Source: Candidatus Eremiobacteria bacterium (GTDB lineage: Bacteria > Vulcanimicrobiota > Vulcanimicrobiia > Vulcanimicrobiales > Vulcanimicrobiaceae). Taken from it: 64,000 nucleotides of DNA. Below the pieces are notes generated by a model. That model was not told the DNA's origin, did not search any database, and saw only the letters and a list, made by a program, of their open reading frames with translations. The stretch spans positions 2,112,001 through 2,176,000 of the forward strand of contig CAVTRC010000001.1 of the NCBI GenBank assembly GCA_963737065.1. The letters run 5' to 3'. A program made the translations under genes and the position numbers. This document shows, in pieces, positions 41,222 to 50,327 of the stretch (position 1 is its first letter; each line of letters begins with the position of its first letter).

Positions 41222-44200
41222 ATGCTTCGTTTTCGTACAACGGCGGTTTTCGCTGCCGTTCTTGCCGCGTTGCCCACGTTTGCGCGCGCCGACGTCGGCA
41301 ACGCGTTTGCTCAGCTCGAATTCCGCAACATTGGTCCGACGACCGGACGCATCGATGCGGTCGCCGGCGTGCCGGGAAACTCTTCAACGCTCTTTGCGGG
41401 CGGTCTCGGCGGGCTCTGGCGCACGATCGACGGCGGAACGAGCTGGCAGCCGGTGTTCGATAAGAAGGCCGTAACGTCAATCGGCGCGATTGCCATTGCG
41501 CGCTCGAACCCGAAGATCATCTACATCGGTACGGGGGAACCGAACATGCGCAACGACGTCGCCTACGGTGACGGCGTGTGGCGCTCGAACGACGGCGGAT
41601 CGACATGGACGCATCTTGGACTCGATGCAACGGCGGCGATCGCCGACATTTCGATCGACGCGCACAATCCAAATGTCGTGTACGTGGCGGCCGTCGGCGA
41701 TCCATTCAAACCGTCACCGGATCGCGGGCTCTACAAGACCGTCGACGGTGGAAAAACGTGGGTGAAATCTCTTCATGTCGATGATACGACCGGTGCATCG
41801 TCGATTGCCGTTTCGCCCTCGAATCCGAAGCTCGTTTATGCGGGCATGTGGACGGTACAACGGCGGCCGTGGATGCTCACCAGCGGCGGGCCCAACGACG
41901 GTGTGTACCGTTCGAACGATGCGGGTGCTCATTGGAGGCGCGTGCAGGGCAACGGATTTCCGAGCGGATTAACCGGACGCATCGGATTGCGTTTTGCGCC
42001 GAGCGCTCCGAATATTCTCTATGCGTTGATGGAATCAAACGCCGGAACATTCTGGACGAGCAAAGACGCAGGAACGCATTGGACGCTCACGAGCACGAAG
42101 CACGAAATCATTCAACGGCCGTACTATTTCGGGCAGTTCACCATCGATCCGAAGAATGCGAAGCACATTTTCTTCATGACGATCGTCGAGATTCCGTCGG
42201 AATCATTTGACGGTGGAAAAACCGTAAAGTCCGTCCCGACCGCTGCGTACGATCACCATCAGATGTGGATCGATCCGGTGTACGGGAAGCGCGCGATCAT
42301 CGGCGCCGACGCCGGCGTGCGTCTCTCGCAAGACGGAGGAAAAACATGGCGAGATCCTCAGCTGATCGTCTCGCAACCGTATCACATCTCGGTTGACGAT
42401 CGCGTGCCGTACACCGTGTGCGGAGAGTTTCAGGATCCGGGCGCGGTCTGCGGACCCGAGTTGAGCTTCACCGGTTCCATTACGCCCGATCAATGGTTCT
42501 CCGCGCAAAGCGGCGAGAGCGGCTGGATCGTATTCTCGCCGGCGAACGATAACGTCATTTACGGCACCGGATATCAGGAAGCGGTGCTGCGTTTCGACCG
42601 TCAAGCGATGCAGGGCCGGTTGATCAGTCCATGGCCCGACACATATTCGGGTGCCGGTGCCCAAGCATACAAATATCGCGGCGCGTGGGTTGCCCCGGTT
42701 GCGGTTTCGCCGCTCGAACCCAACGCGCTCTACTTCGGTGCGCAGTATCTGATGAAGACCGAGGACGGCGGCGTGACGTGGAACGCGATCAGTCCGGATC
42801 TAACGCGCAACGACAAGAGCAAGCAGAAGCCGTCAGGCGAACCGATCACGCGCGACAACGCGGGAACGGAAGTCTACGATACGATCGCTTCGATCGCGGA
42901 GTCGCCAATTACCAAAGGCGAGCTGTGGGCCGGAACGGACGACGGACTCGTGTGGGTAACGCGCGACGGTGGCGCGCATTGGAATAACATTACGGCCGGC
43001 ATTCCAAATCTGCCGTATTGGGCGCGTATAAACAACGTCGATCCGTCGCCATTCGATGATGGCACGGCGTACATCGTCGCTGAAAATCACAAACTCGGCG
43101 ATCGTACGCCATATCTCTATGTGACGCGCGATTTTGGCGCGCACTGGCAATCGATCAGCGGAAATCTGCCGCGCGATAGCTACGCGCGCATGCTGCGGCA
43201 AGATCCGGTTCGCAAGGGCATGCTTTATGCGGGCACGGAAACCGGCCTCTGGTTGTCGTTCGACGATGGGGCGCATTGGCAGACATTCTTCAATAATTTG
43301 CCGCACGCACCGGTGTACGATGTGGTCGTGCAAAAGCGCTTCGACGATCTCGTTGTCGCGCTTCACGGACGCGGCGTGTGGATTCTCGACGACATCGCGC
43401 CGTTGCAGCAATGGAGCGGCACGGTTATGTCGTCACCCGCATACCTGTTTCCCGTGCGCGACGCATACCGGTTCAATGCATCGTGGGGAACGTGGGCGAC
43501 GGGCGAAGGCGGCGGCGACAATCCGCAAGCGTCCGGAGTAATCAATTTCTATCTCGAAAAAACGCCGCCGAAGAAAGCCAAGGTCACACTGCAAGTCTGG
43601 GACGGCACAAAGCTCGTACGCACGATCGCTGTGCCGCACCCGGTGCAAGGGATGAATCGCGCGTGGTGGGACCTTACCTATGATGAAATCAAGCTCATTC
43701 CGGATTACCACGCGTCGGGCTCGGGATTGGGCGGCCCGCAAGTCGTGCCCGGGACGTACACCGTGCGCTTATCCTTCGGCGCGACGACGGTAGAGCGGAC
43801 GATCAAGGTGCTGGCCGACCCGAAAACGCCGGGGACACTCGCCGATATGCAGGCAACGTTCGATCTCGCGATGCAGTTGCGCGACGATTTTCAGCGAGTG
43901 GGCAACGACATCGTCGCATTGCGTTCGCTCGACACGTCGCTGCAAAAAATTGCGCCGCGCATTGCTTCGCGGGCCGATGCGGCGCGCGCCGTCGCTGCGC
44001 TCCATAGCAGCGTGGATGCGACGCTCGATTCACTCTACATTCGGAACGCGCAAAATTCGGAAGACACGCTACGCGTTCCGTCGCGCCTCTACGAACGCCT
44101 CGGGAATGCGGCAGGCGGCCTGCTGGGCAACGATTATGCGCCGACTACCGGGCAACGTGGCGTTGCGACGCAGCTCGACGACAAGGCAAAGACGCAGTTC

Positions 44201-44296
44201 ACGGAGGACGACGTTCTGCTCGGCTCCCGGCTGAACGAAGTCAACGCGCTCTTGAAAGCGGCCGGCGTTCCGGCAATTACGGTAAAGCGAAGTTAG
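41222..44296 (+). CDS. Secreted BNR/VPS10 (sortilin-like) double-propeller glycosyl hydrolase-like protein
   Basis: Signal peptide, FRNIGP..GRI, many T.DGG.TW boxes and ISPDLTRND. Confidence 0.88.
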   Translation: MLRFRTTAVFAAVLAALPTFARADVGNAFAQLEFRNIGPTTGRIDAVAGVPGNSSTLFAGGLGGLWRTIDGGTSWQPVFDKKAVTSIGAIAIARSNPKIIYIGTGEPNMRNDVAYGDGVWRSNDGGSTWTHLGLDATAAIADISIDAHNPNVVYVAAVGDPFKPSPDRGLYKTVDGGKTWVKSLHVDDTTGASSIAVSPSNPKLVYAGMWTVQRRPWMLTSGGPNDGVYRSNDAGAHWRRVQGNGFPSGLTGRIGLRFAPSAPNILYALMESNAGTFWTSKDAGTHWTLTSTKHEIIQRPYYFGQFTIDPKNAKHIFFMTIVEIPSESFDGGKTVKSVPTAAYDHHQMWIDPVYGKRAIIGADAGVRLSQDGGKTWRDPQLIVSQPYHISVDDRVPYTVCGEFQDPGAVCGPELSFTGSITPDQWFSAQSGESGWIVFSPANDNVIYGTGYQEAVLRFDRQAMQGRLISPWPDTYSGAGAQAYKYRGAWVAPVAVSPLEPNALYFGAQYLMKTEDGGVTWNAISPDLTRNDKSKQKPSGEPITRDNAGTEVYDTIASIAESPITKGELWAGTDDGLVWVTRDGGAHWNNITAGIPNLPYWARINNVDPSPFDDGTAYIVAENHKLGDRTPYLYVTRDFGAHWQSISGNLPRDSYARMLRQDPVRKGMLYAGTETGLWLSFDDGAHWQTFFNNLPHAPVYDVVVQKRFDDLVVALHGRGVWILDDIAPLQQWSGTVMSSPAYLFPVRDAYRFNASWGTWATGEGGGDNPQASGVINFYLEKTPPKKAKVTLQVWDGTKLVRTIAVPHPVQGMNRAWWDLTYDEIKLIPDYHASGSGLGGPQVVPGTYTVRLSFGATTVERTIKVLADPKTPGTLADMQATFDLAMQLRDDFQRVGNDIVALRSLDTSLQKIAPRIASRADAARAVAALHSSVDATLDSLYIRNAQNSEDTLRVPSRLYERLGNAAGGLLGNDYAPTTGQRGVATQLDDKAKTQFTEDDVLLGSRLNEVNALLKAAGVPAITVKRS

Positions 44297-45576
44297 GTAT
44301 CTTTCGCGCTGTCAATGTCGGCGAGCGGAACCGCGTAGAGCGAACCGGTTCTGCTTCCGACGATGAGCGTCTTGCCGACGATGATCGGTGACCCGACGTT
44401 GAAGCCGCTGCGCATCTTTTTAACGCCGACGACTTTGCCCGTTTTTCCATCCAGCGACCACAGATAGCCCTTCAAGTCGCCGAAATAGATTCGCCCGTTT
44501 ATCGAGACGATACCGCCCTTCACCGGCGCGTGTACCTTTGTTTCCCACACCGTACGGCCGGTTTTTGCGTCCAGCGCGTGCATGTATGGCGACACGGCGC
44601 TTCCGAAATAGGCGATGCCGTTCATCATCATCGGTATCGCGCCTTCGTTGCGCCATGGAAGCGTGCCGCCTTCGAGCGCGACGTCCCACAGTTTTTTCCC
44701 GGTACGCACGTCGAGCGCATACGCGTGCTGGATCGCCGGTGTGTCAACCGATGTGTACGTTGCCGGCGGTTTCGGCATCACGTAGTTGCAGACCAGGACC
44801 GTTCCGTCCGTGACCGGCGGACAATCGCCGTGACCGGAGCCTTGGGATGGGAATGGCGTGCGCCAAATCGTGGCGCCGTCAGCAACGCGCACCGCTTGGA
44901 CGACATTGTCGAGGACGCCGATTGTGACGATTGCATTCGAACCGATCGGAAGCGCGCCGGTCATCGAGGCGATCGAATGCATGTTGCGCGCGTATAGAAC
45001 CTTGCCCGTGCGTGGATCCACCGCGGTAAGCCATCCGGCGCCGTTGTGTTCGATGAGGACGTTGTTGACGATTGCGCCCGTCGGCATGGCCGAACCCGCA
45101 ACGGCGAGGCGCCATTTCACCGCACCGGATTTTGCGTCGAGCGCAACGAGCGCGCTTGGACCTTGACCGACGTAGACCGTCCCGGGAGCCGAGCCTTGAC
45201 TCTGTTCGTCGCCTTCACCGACGATGACGAGCCCATCGTAAAGCAGCGGCTGACTCATCAAATCGTTCGAAAGATGTTTGGTCCAGATCACTTGACCGGT
45301 TCGGATATCGATTGCGTTCAAGTCACCGTGATTGTTGCCAATGTAGAGGACGGAACCCGAAACGGCGGGGCTCGAAGAGATTGGACCGCCGGTGACGCTG
45401 GTCCACGTCGTATTCAAATCGTCGTCGAGCACCACGTTGTGCGTGCCGTCGATGCGAAATTGCGTCCAATCCGTCGGTATTTGGGTCGCGCGAATCCGTC
45501 CCGCGGCCGCAACAATGCCGATGAGAACACACACGAGCGGAATGAGGCGAGTGAGGGTGCCTCGGACGCTGCTCAT
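44293..45576 (-). CDS. Exported PQQ-type beta-propeller, tetrathionate hydrolase (TetH)-like
   Basis: A.D..TG...W repeats and signal peptide. Segments NDLMSQPL, GSAMPT, GHGDCPP, GAIPM and SPIIVG resemble TetH as recalled. Confidence 0.7.
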   Translation of the reverse strand: MSSVRGTLTRLIPLVCVLIGIVAAAGRIRATQIPTDWTQFRIDGTHNVVLDDDLNTTWTSVTGGPISSSPAVSGSVLYIGNNHGDLNAIDIRTGQVIWTKHLSNDLMSQPLLYDGLVIVGEGDEQSQGSAPGTVYVGQGPSALVALDAKSGAVKWRLAVAGSAMPTGAIVNNVLIEHNGAGWLTAVDPRTGKVLYARNMHSIASMTGALPIGSNAIVTIGVLDNVVQAVRVADGATIWRTPFPSQGSGHGDCPPVTDGTVLVCNYVMPKPPATYTSVDTPAIQHAYALDVRTGKKLWDVALEGGTLPWRNEGAIPMMMNGIAYFGSAVSPYMHALDAKTGRTVWETKVHAPVKGGIVSINGRIYFGDLKGYLWSLDGKTGKVVGVKKMRSGFNVGSPIIVGKTLIVGSRTGSLYAVPLADIDSAKDT

Positions 45577-45662
45577 AACGTTACTGTTCCCCGCTTTGCT
45601 GAGAACTGATTTAGGCAGTGGTGAGAAATGAGTTGGAAGTGCTTATCGTATAAATACATACC

Positions 45663-47012
45663 ATGCGTCCTGGTTTTCTCGGTGCTTTCGCAGCGCTTGG
45701 CTGCATGCTTGCGTCGCTCCAACCCCTTGCCGCCGCGCCAATCAGTGTAACGAAGACCAAGGAGCTCGATTACCTCAGAACGCTGCACGAGCGTATCAAA
45801 CACGTCGTGATCATCATTCAAGAGAACCGCAGCGTCGACAATCTGTTCAACGGATTTCCGGGGGCCGACACCGTCCAAACCGGCCTAACCAAAAACGGCC
45901 GTGTTTCGTTGCGTGCCGTTGATCTGGATTATCCCGCAGACGTCGACCACCAACATCGAGCGTTCGTGCAGCAATACGACGGCGGTAAGATGGACGGCTG
46001 GGAAGAGACCTTCACAACACCGCGGCAAGATCCGGACTTCCCGTATGCGTTCGTTCCCGAGCGAGAGATCGAGCCCTATTGGAACATGGCGGAGCGCTAC
46101 ACGTTCGCCGATCGATTCTTTCAGTCGAATACGGGTCCAAGCTTTCCGGCGCATCTCTATCTCGTGTCGGGTACGGGCAATTTCGTTGCCGATAATCCCA
46201 ATCATCTGGAGACGACGCACTTCGCGTGGGGATGCGACTCGCCGATCAATGCGCGCGTTTCGATGATCGCGCCGGACGGAGATGAAGTGCCTGGACCGTG
46301 GCCGTGCTTTAACTATCCCACGCTCGCTGACGACGCGCTTGCCAACGGCGTGACGTGGCGGTATTATGCGCCGCCCATCGACAGTCTCGGAAACATTTGG
46401 TCGGCGTTCGATGCATTCCGGCACATTCGGTTTTCGCCGTTGTGGGGAAACGTCGTCTCACCGGAAACGCGCGTGCTGGAAGACGCGCGTATCGGCGATT
46501 TACCGCCCATCACGTGGGTCGTTCCATCGGCGCAAAACTCCGATCACGCCTTTCCGCATAAAGATACCGAACATGATGTCGGCGTCACGGGACAGTTTGG
46601 TCCGGAGTGGGTGGCTTCCGTCGTGAACGCAATCGGAGAGGGCCCGCTGTGGAATTCAACGGCGATCATCGTCGTGTGGGACGACTGGGGCGGCTGGTAC
46701 GATCACGTTGCGCCGCCGCAGCTCGATCGTATGGGACTCGGCATGCGCGTGCCGTTCATCATGATCGGGCCGTACGCGAAACGGCACTACGTTTCGCACG
46801 TCCAGCATGAGTTCGGCAGCATCGTGAAGTTCACCGAACAAGTCTTCCAACTTCCGTCGATGCACACGACCGACGAGCGTGCGGACGCGCTGCGCGACTG
46901 CATCGATTTCGCGCAACCCGCGGAGCCGTTCCGGCCGATTCCGACGTTTCGCAAGATCTCGTTTTTCGAAGATCCGAATGCGCCGGACACCGAGCCCGAC
47001 GACGATTACTAG
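45663..47012 (+). CDS. Secreted phospholipase C/acid phosphatase (phosphoesterase family)
   Basis: IKHVVIIIQENRSVDN, GPSFPAH, WDDWGGWYDHV.PP and GMRVP. Confidence 0.92.
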   Translation: MRPGFLGAFAALGCMLASLQPLAAAPISVTKTKELDYLRTLHERIKHVVIIIQENRSVDNLFNGFPGADTVQTGLTKNGRVSLRAVDLDYPADVDHQHRAFVQQYDGGKMDGWEETFTTPRQDPDFPYAFVPEREIEPYWNMAERYTFADRFFQSNTGPSFPAHLYLVSGTGNFVADNPNHLETTHFAWGCDSPINARVSMIAPDGDEVPGPWPCFNYPTLADDALANGVTWRYYAPPIDSLGNIWSAFDAFRHIRFSPLWGNVVSPETRVLEDARIGDLPPITWVVPSAQNSDHAFPHKDTEHDVGVTGQFGPEWVASVVNAIGEGPLWNSTAIIVVWDDWGGWYDHVAPPQLDRMGLGMRVPFIMIGPYAKRHYVSHVQHEFGSIVKFTEQVFQLPSMHTTDERADALRDCIDFAQPAEPFRPIPTFRKISFFEDPNAPDTEPDDDY

Positions 47013-47051
47013 CAGTCTCGTGTGATGTGAAAGGAAGCAGCTGCGCTTTAT

Positions 47052-47065
47052 CGAACATACGTTCG
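47052..47065. promoter_or_regulatory. LexA (SOS/Cheo) box
   Basis: CGAAC-ATAC-GTTCG in an intergenic AT-rich context. Confidence 0.7.
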
Positions 47066-47088
47066 TATATGAAGCCTTTCTAAACCAC

Positions 47089-47118
47089 TAGAAGCTCGAG
47101 GCGCAGCCGTGATAAGAT
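47089..47118 (+). promoter_or_regulatory. Putative rpsR promoter
   Basis: TAGAAG-18 bp-TAAGAT with extended -10 TG. Confidence 0.45.
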
Positions 47119-47251
47119 CATTGCTCGTCTCGGGCAACACCCGAGGCGTTTTCGTGGCGCGGAGTTGCCGCGTCACGTGGCTAGGGTCGTAGGGACACTG
47201 CTCAGCACCTTTACGACCGCCAACCACCTAGCTCGACGAGGACACAATTCA

Positions 47252-47497
47252 ATGGCAACCAAAACGAAGCGCGCGGTCAAAGATCGCCGCCCGAAGCGCA
47301 AATCGTGCAATTTCTGCGCGGACAAAGCGATCGACATCAGCTACCGCGACGTCAACCGTTTGAAGAAATACGTTTCCGAGCGTGGCAAAATCGTGCCGCG
47401 CCGGATCTCGGGAAGCTGCGCAAAACATCAACGTTTGCTCACGACGGCGATCAAACGCGCACGCATTATCGCCTTCCTCCCCTACGTCTCGGAATAA
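47252..47497 (+). CDS. rpsR: 30S ribosomal protein S18 (Zn-binding form)
   Basis: [26 protein letters not shown] and AIKRAR. Confidence 0.97.
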   Translation: MATKTKRAVKDRRPKRKSCNFCADKAIDISYRDVNRLKKYVSERGKIVPRRISGSCAKHQRLLTTAIKRARIIAFLPYVSE

Positions 47498-47597
47498 CGA
47501 GTCGTACTTTTCGCCCGGGTGTCGTTGCGCCGTTCCTCATGGACCGTAGTCCACTTCGTAACGGCGCGCCTAACCCGGACGAAAAGCCCGACTCGTT
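47496..47597 (-). ncRNA. Candidate ~100-nt rod-like structured RNA
   Basis: Four nested stems with a cUACGg tetraloop and G-U pairs on the minus strand. Confidence 0.45.
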
Positions 47598-47698
47598 TTA
47601 GAATAAAAAGACGGTATAGAGATTGAATTTTTCGCCCGAGCAACGACGCACGGGCGGAAAAGGCAATCGGACATTGTAACAGCTGGAAAGTTAAATGC

Positions 47699-48145
47699 AT
47701 GAGAGTGATTCTTCTCGGTGATGTAAAGGCGTTGGGGAAGAAGGGTGACGTTGTAGACGTCGCCGAGGGCTACGCTCGCAACTTCTTATTGCCGCAGAGC
47801 CTTGCGTCCGAGGCGAATAAAGGCGCGCTCGCCGCGCACGCCGACCAAAAGCGAGCGAACGAAAAGAAAGAAGCGCAGCAGCTTGCGGACGCTAAAGAGC
47901 TGGCGAACAAGATCGAACAGTCGAAGCTTGCCGTAAAAGCGAGAGCGGGCGGCAATGGAAAGCTGTTCGGCGCGGTGACGAACGCGGACGTTGCGACCGC
48001 CATTCACGACGCGCTCTCCATTTCCGTCGACAAGCACAAGATCGAGATCAAGAGCCAGATCAAAGCGCTCGGTGCGTATCCCGTGGAAGTCAAACTGCAC
48101 AGAAACGTCGTAGCAAAGGCGACGATCAACGTCGTCGCCGCTTAG
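47699..48145 (+). CDS. rplI: 50S ribosomal protein L9
   Basis: MRVILL.DV..LGKKG..V.VAEGYARNFLLP and GKLFGAVT. Confidence 0.98.
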   Translation: MRVILLGDVKALGKKGDVVDVAEGYARNFLLPQSLASEANKGALAAHADQKRANEKKEAQQLADAKELANKIEQSKLAVKARAGGNGKLFGAVTNADVATAIHDALSISVDKHKIEIKSQIKALGAYPVEVKLHRNVVAKATINVVAA

Positions 48146-48153
48146 CGAATCCC

Positions 48154-50139
48154 ATGGCCGGCACCGAATCAGCGTACGCGTCGCGTTTGCGGCGGAAATA
48201 CGGCGTTGAAGATGAGCTGAACCGCTACGTCTCAGCACTCTACGAGATGCTCGCGAACGTTATCGGTCAAGACAAACTTGTTTTACGTGCCGGTAAGGTG
48301 AGCGCATTGAAGATGATGCGCTCGCAGCACCTTCCGGACCGCCTGTGCGCGCTCGCGCGTCTGGTCTTCGAAGACCCGACGATTGAGCGCGCGACAACGC
48401 GCGCGCAACAGCGCAAGGCGATCACCGATATCGAAGAAACGCTCGCGGACCTGCTCGCGCAGAAAACCGTGGAAGACGCGATCGAGCGCAAGGTGTCCGA
48501 AAAGATGAACGTGCGGCACCACGAGTATCTCAAGGACCTCAAACTCGAGGCGCTCCGCGAAGATGCCGGACCCGAGACGCCGGGCACCGAAGCGAAGTTG
48601 CAGGAGCTCGAGGCGCTTTCGCAGCGAGGACTTGCTGCTTCAGCGCTCCAGCAGTTGCGTCCGCAACGCTTGAGCGAAATCGTCGGCCAAGAAAGCGCGA
48701 TCAAAGCGCTGCTCGCAAAAATCAGCTCGCCGTATCCACAGCACGTGATTCTCTACGGTCCGCCGGGCGTCGGTAAGACGACGGCTGCGCGACTCGTACT
48801 CGAGCTAGCGAAGTCGCGTCAATATACGCCGTTTGCAAAAGACGCGCCGTTTGTCGAGACGAGCGGCACGACGCTGCGTTGGGATCCGCGCGAAACGACG
48901 AATCCATTGCTTGGCTCGGTGCACGATCCGATCTATCAGGGCAGCCGTCGCGAATTCGCCGAGGCGGGTATCCCGGAGCCGAAACTCGGGCTCGTCACGC
49001 GCGCGCACGGCGGCGTCTTGTTCATCGACGAAATTGGCGAACTCGATCCGCTGCTGCAGACGCGCCTTTTGAAAGTCCTCGAGGATAAAAAGGTAACGTT
49101 CGAGTCATCGTACTTCGACGACAATGCGCCCAACGTACCGGCGTACGTACGACGCCTGTTCAAAGAAGGCGCGCCGGCGGACTTCATCTTGATCGGCGCG
49201 ACGACGCGCGATCCGTCGGAGATCGATGCGGCGATCCGCTCGCGTTGCGCGGAGATGTATTTTCAGCCGCTGACGCAGCATCAAATCGTCTCAATCGTTC
49301 AAGGCGCAATGAAACGTCTCAACGCGAAGGTCGCGCGCGGCGTTCCGCAGATGATTGCGTCGTATACGATCGAAGGACGTAAGGCAGTCCAAATCGTTGC
49401 CGACGCATACGGTCAGGCGCTCTACCGATCGGATCCGAAGAGAAGCGGCGGCAACGGCATTACCGTTGGCGTTACCATTAACGAGGATGACGTGCGCGCG
49501 GTCGTGCAGACGAGCCGCCTCGTGCAGCACACGCTCGTAAAGGGACGGGCGACGCGCGAAATCGGCAAAACATTCGGCCTCGGCGTTCACAATTATCTTG
49601 GAAGCATCATCGAGATCGAAGCGATGGCCTTCAGCGCGTCGCAAAGCGGAAAGGGGACGATCCGGTTCAACGATACCGCCGGCTCGATGGCGAAAGATTC
49701 GGTGTTCAATGCGGCTAGCGTGCTTCGTGCGCAGGCCGGGATCGACGTCAGCGATTACGATGTGCACATTAACGTGGTGGGCGGTGGGAACATCGACGGT
49801 CCGTCAGCCGGCCTTGCGATCTTCCTGGCGCTCTACTCGGCAATTACGAAGACGCCGCTGCCGCAAGATGTCGCAATCACCGGCGAACTTTCGATTCAAG
49901 GAAAAATTCGCGCGGTCGGCGGCGTAATTGAAAAATTGTACGCTGCCCGCCAAAGCGGCATGCGCGCGATGATCTTACCAAAGGAAAACGCGCGCGAGGT
50001 AGATGCATCGCTTGCCGGCGTCGATATTGTTCCAGTGACGTCGGTCGAACAAGCGCTCAAGTTTCTGCAGATTCGCAAGAAATCCACAAAGAACTCACAA
50101 GGCCGTTCACAGTCAACGCGTCGTAAGTCGCGATCATAA
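48154..50139 (+). CDS. lonC: Lon family ATP-dependent protease (LonC type)
   Basis: YPQHVILYGPPGVGKT, LFIDEIGE, DGPSAG and GGVIEK; located between rplI and dnaB. Confidence 0.88.
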   Translation: MAGTESAYASRLRRKYGVEDELNRYVSALYEMLANVIGQDKLVLRAGKVSALKMMRSQHLPDRLCALARLVFEDPTIERATTRAQQRKAITDIEETLADLLAQKTVEDAIERKVSEKMNVRHHEYLKDLKLEALREDAGPETPGTEAKLQELEALSQRGLAASALQQLRPQRLSEIVGQESAIKALLAKISSPYPQHVILYGPPGVGKTTAARLVLELAKSRQYTPFAKDAPFVETSGTTLRWDPRETTNPLLGSVHDPIYQGSRREFAEAGIPEPKLGLVTRAHGGVLFIDEIGELDPLLQTRLLKVLEDKKVTFESSYFDDNAPNVPAYVRRLFKEGAPADFILIGATTRDPSEIDAAIRSRCAEMYFQPLTQHQIVSIVQGAMKRLNAKVARGVPQMIASYTIEGRKAVQIVADAYGQALYRSDPKRSGGNGITVGVTINEDDVRAVVQTSRLVQHTLVKGRATREIGKTFGLGVHNYLGSIIEIEAMAFSASQSGKGTIRFNDTAGSMAKDSVFNAASVLRAQAGIDVSDYDVHINVVGGGNIDGPSAGLAIFLALYSAITKTPLPQDVAITGELSIQGKIRAVGGVIEKLYAARQSGMRAMILPKENAREVDASLAGVDIVPVTSVEQALKFLQIRKKSTKNSQGRSQSTRRKSRS

Positions 50140-50323
50140 GGAGCCTCTGACAAATTGACGTGTCGACTGCGACATGACGCCCTTCGGGTTATGGGGAAAC
50201 AACTGCATCTGCCGCTTCAGCGGCGCGGTCGCATCTCACAGAGAGGATGCTCGCGCGCGGCCTCATCGCATCTTCAATTGTGGCACCATAACAGTCGGCA
50301 CGTCGATTGTTCAGAGGCTCCTT
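50138..50323 (+). ncRNA. Candidate 186-nt structured RNA or dnaB leader
   Basis: About 32-bp closing stem (50138-50169 with 50292-50323) with G-U pairs; internal cUUCGg hairpin and further stems. Confidence 0.5.
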
Positions 50324-50327
50324 CACG

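Noticed and set aside
46831..47058. 75-aa minus ORF as the LexA target
   Set aside because: Its ATG lies inside the box, and most of it is antisense to the phospholipase gene.
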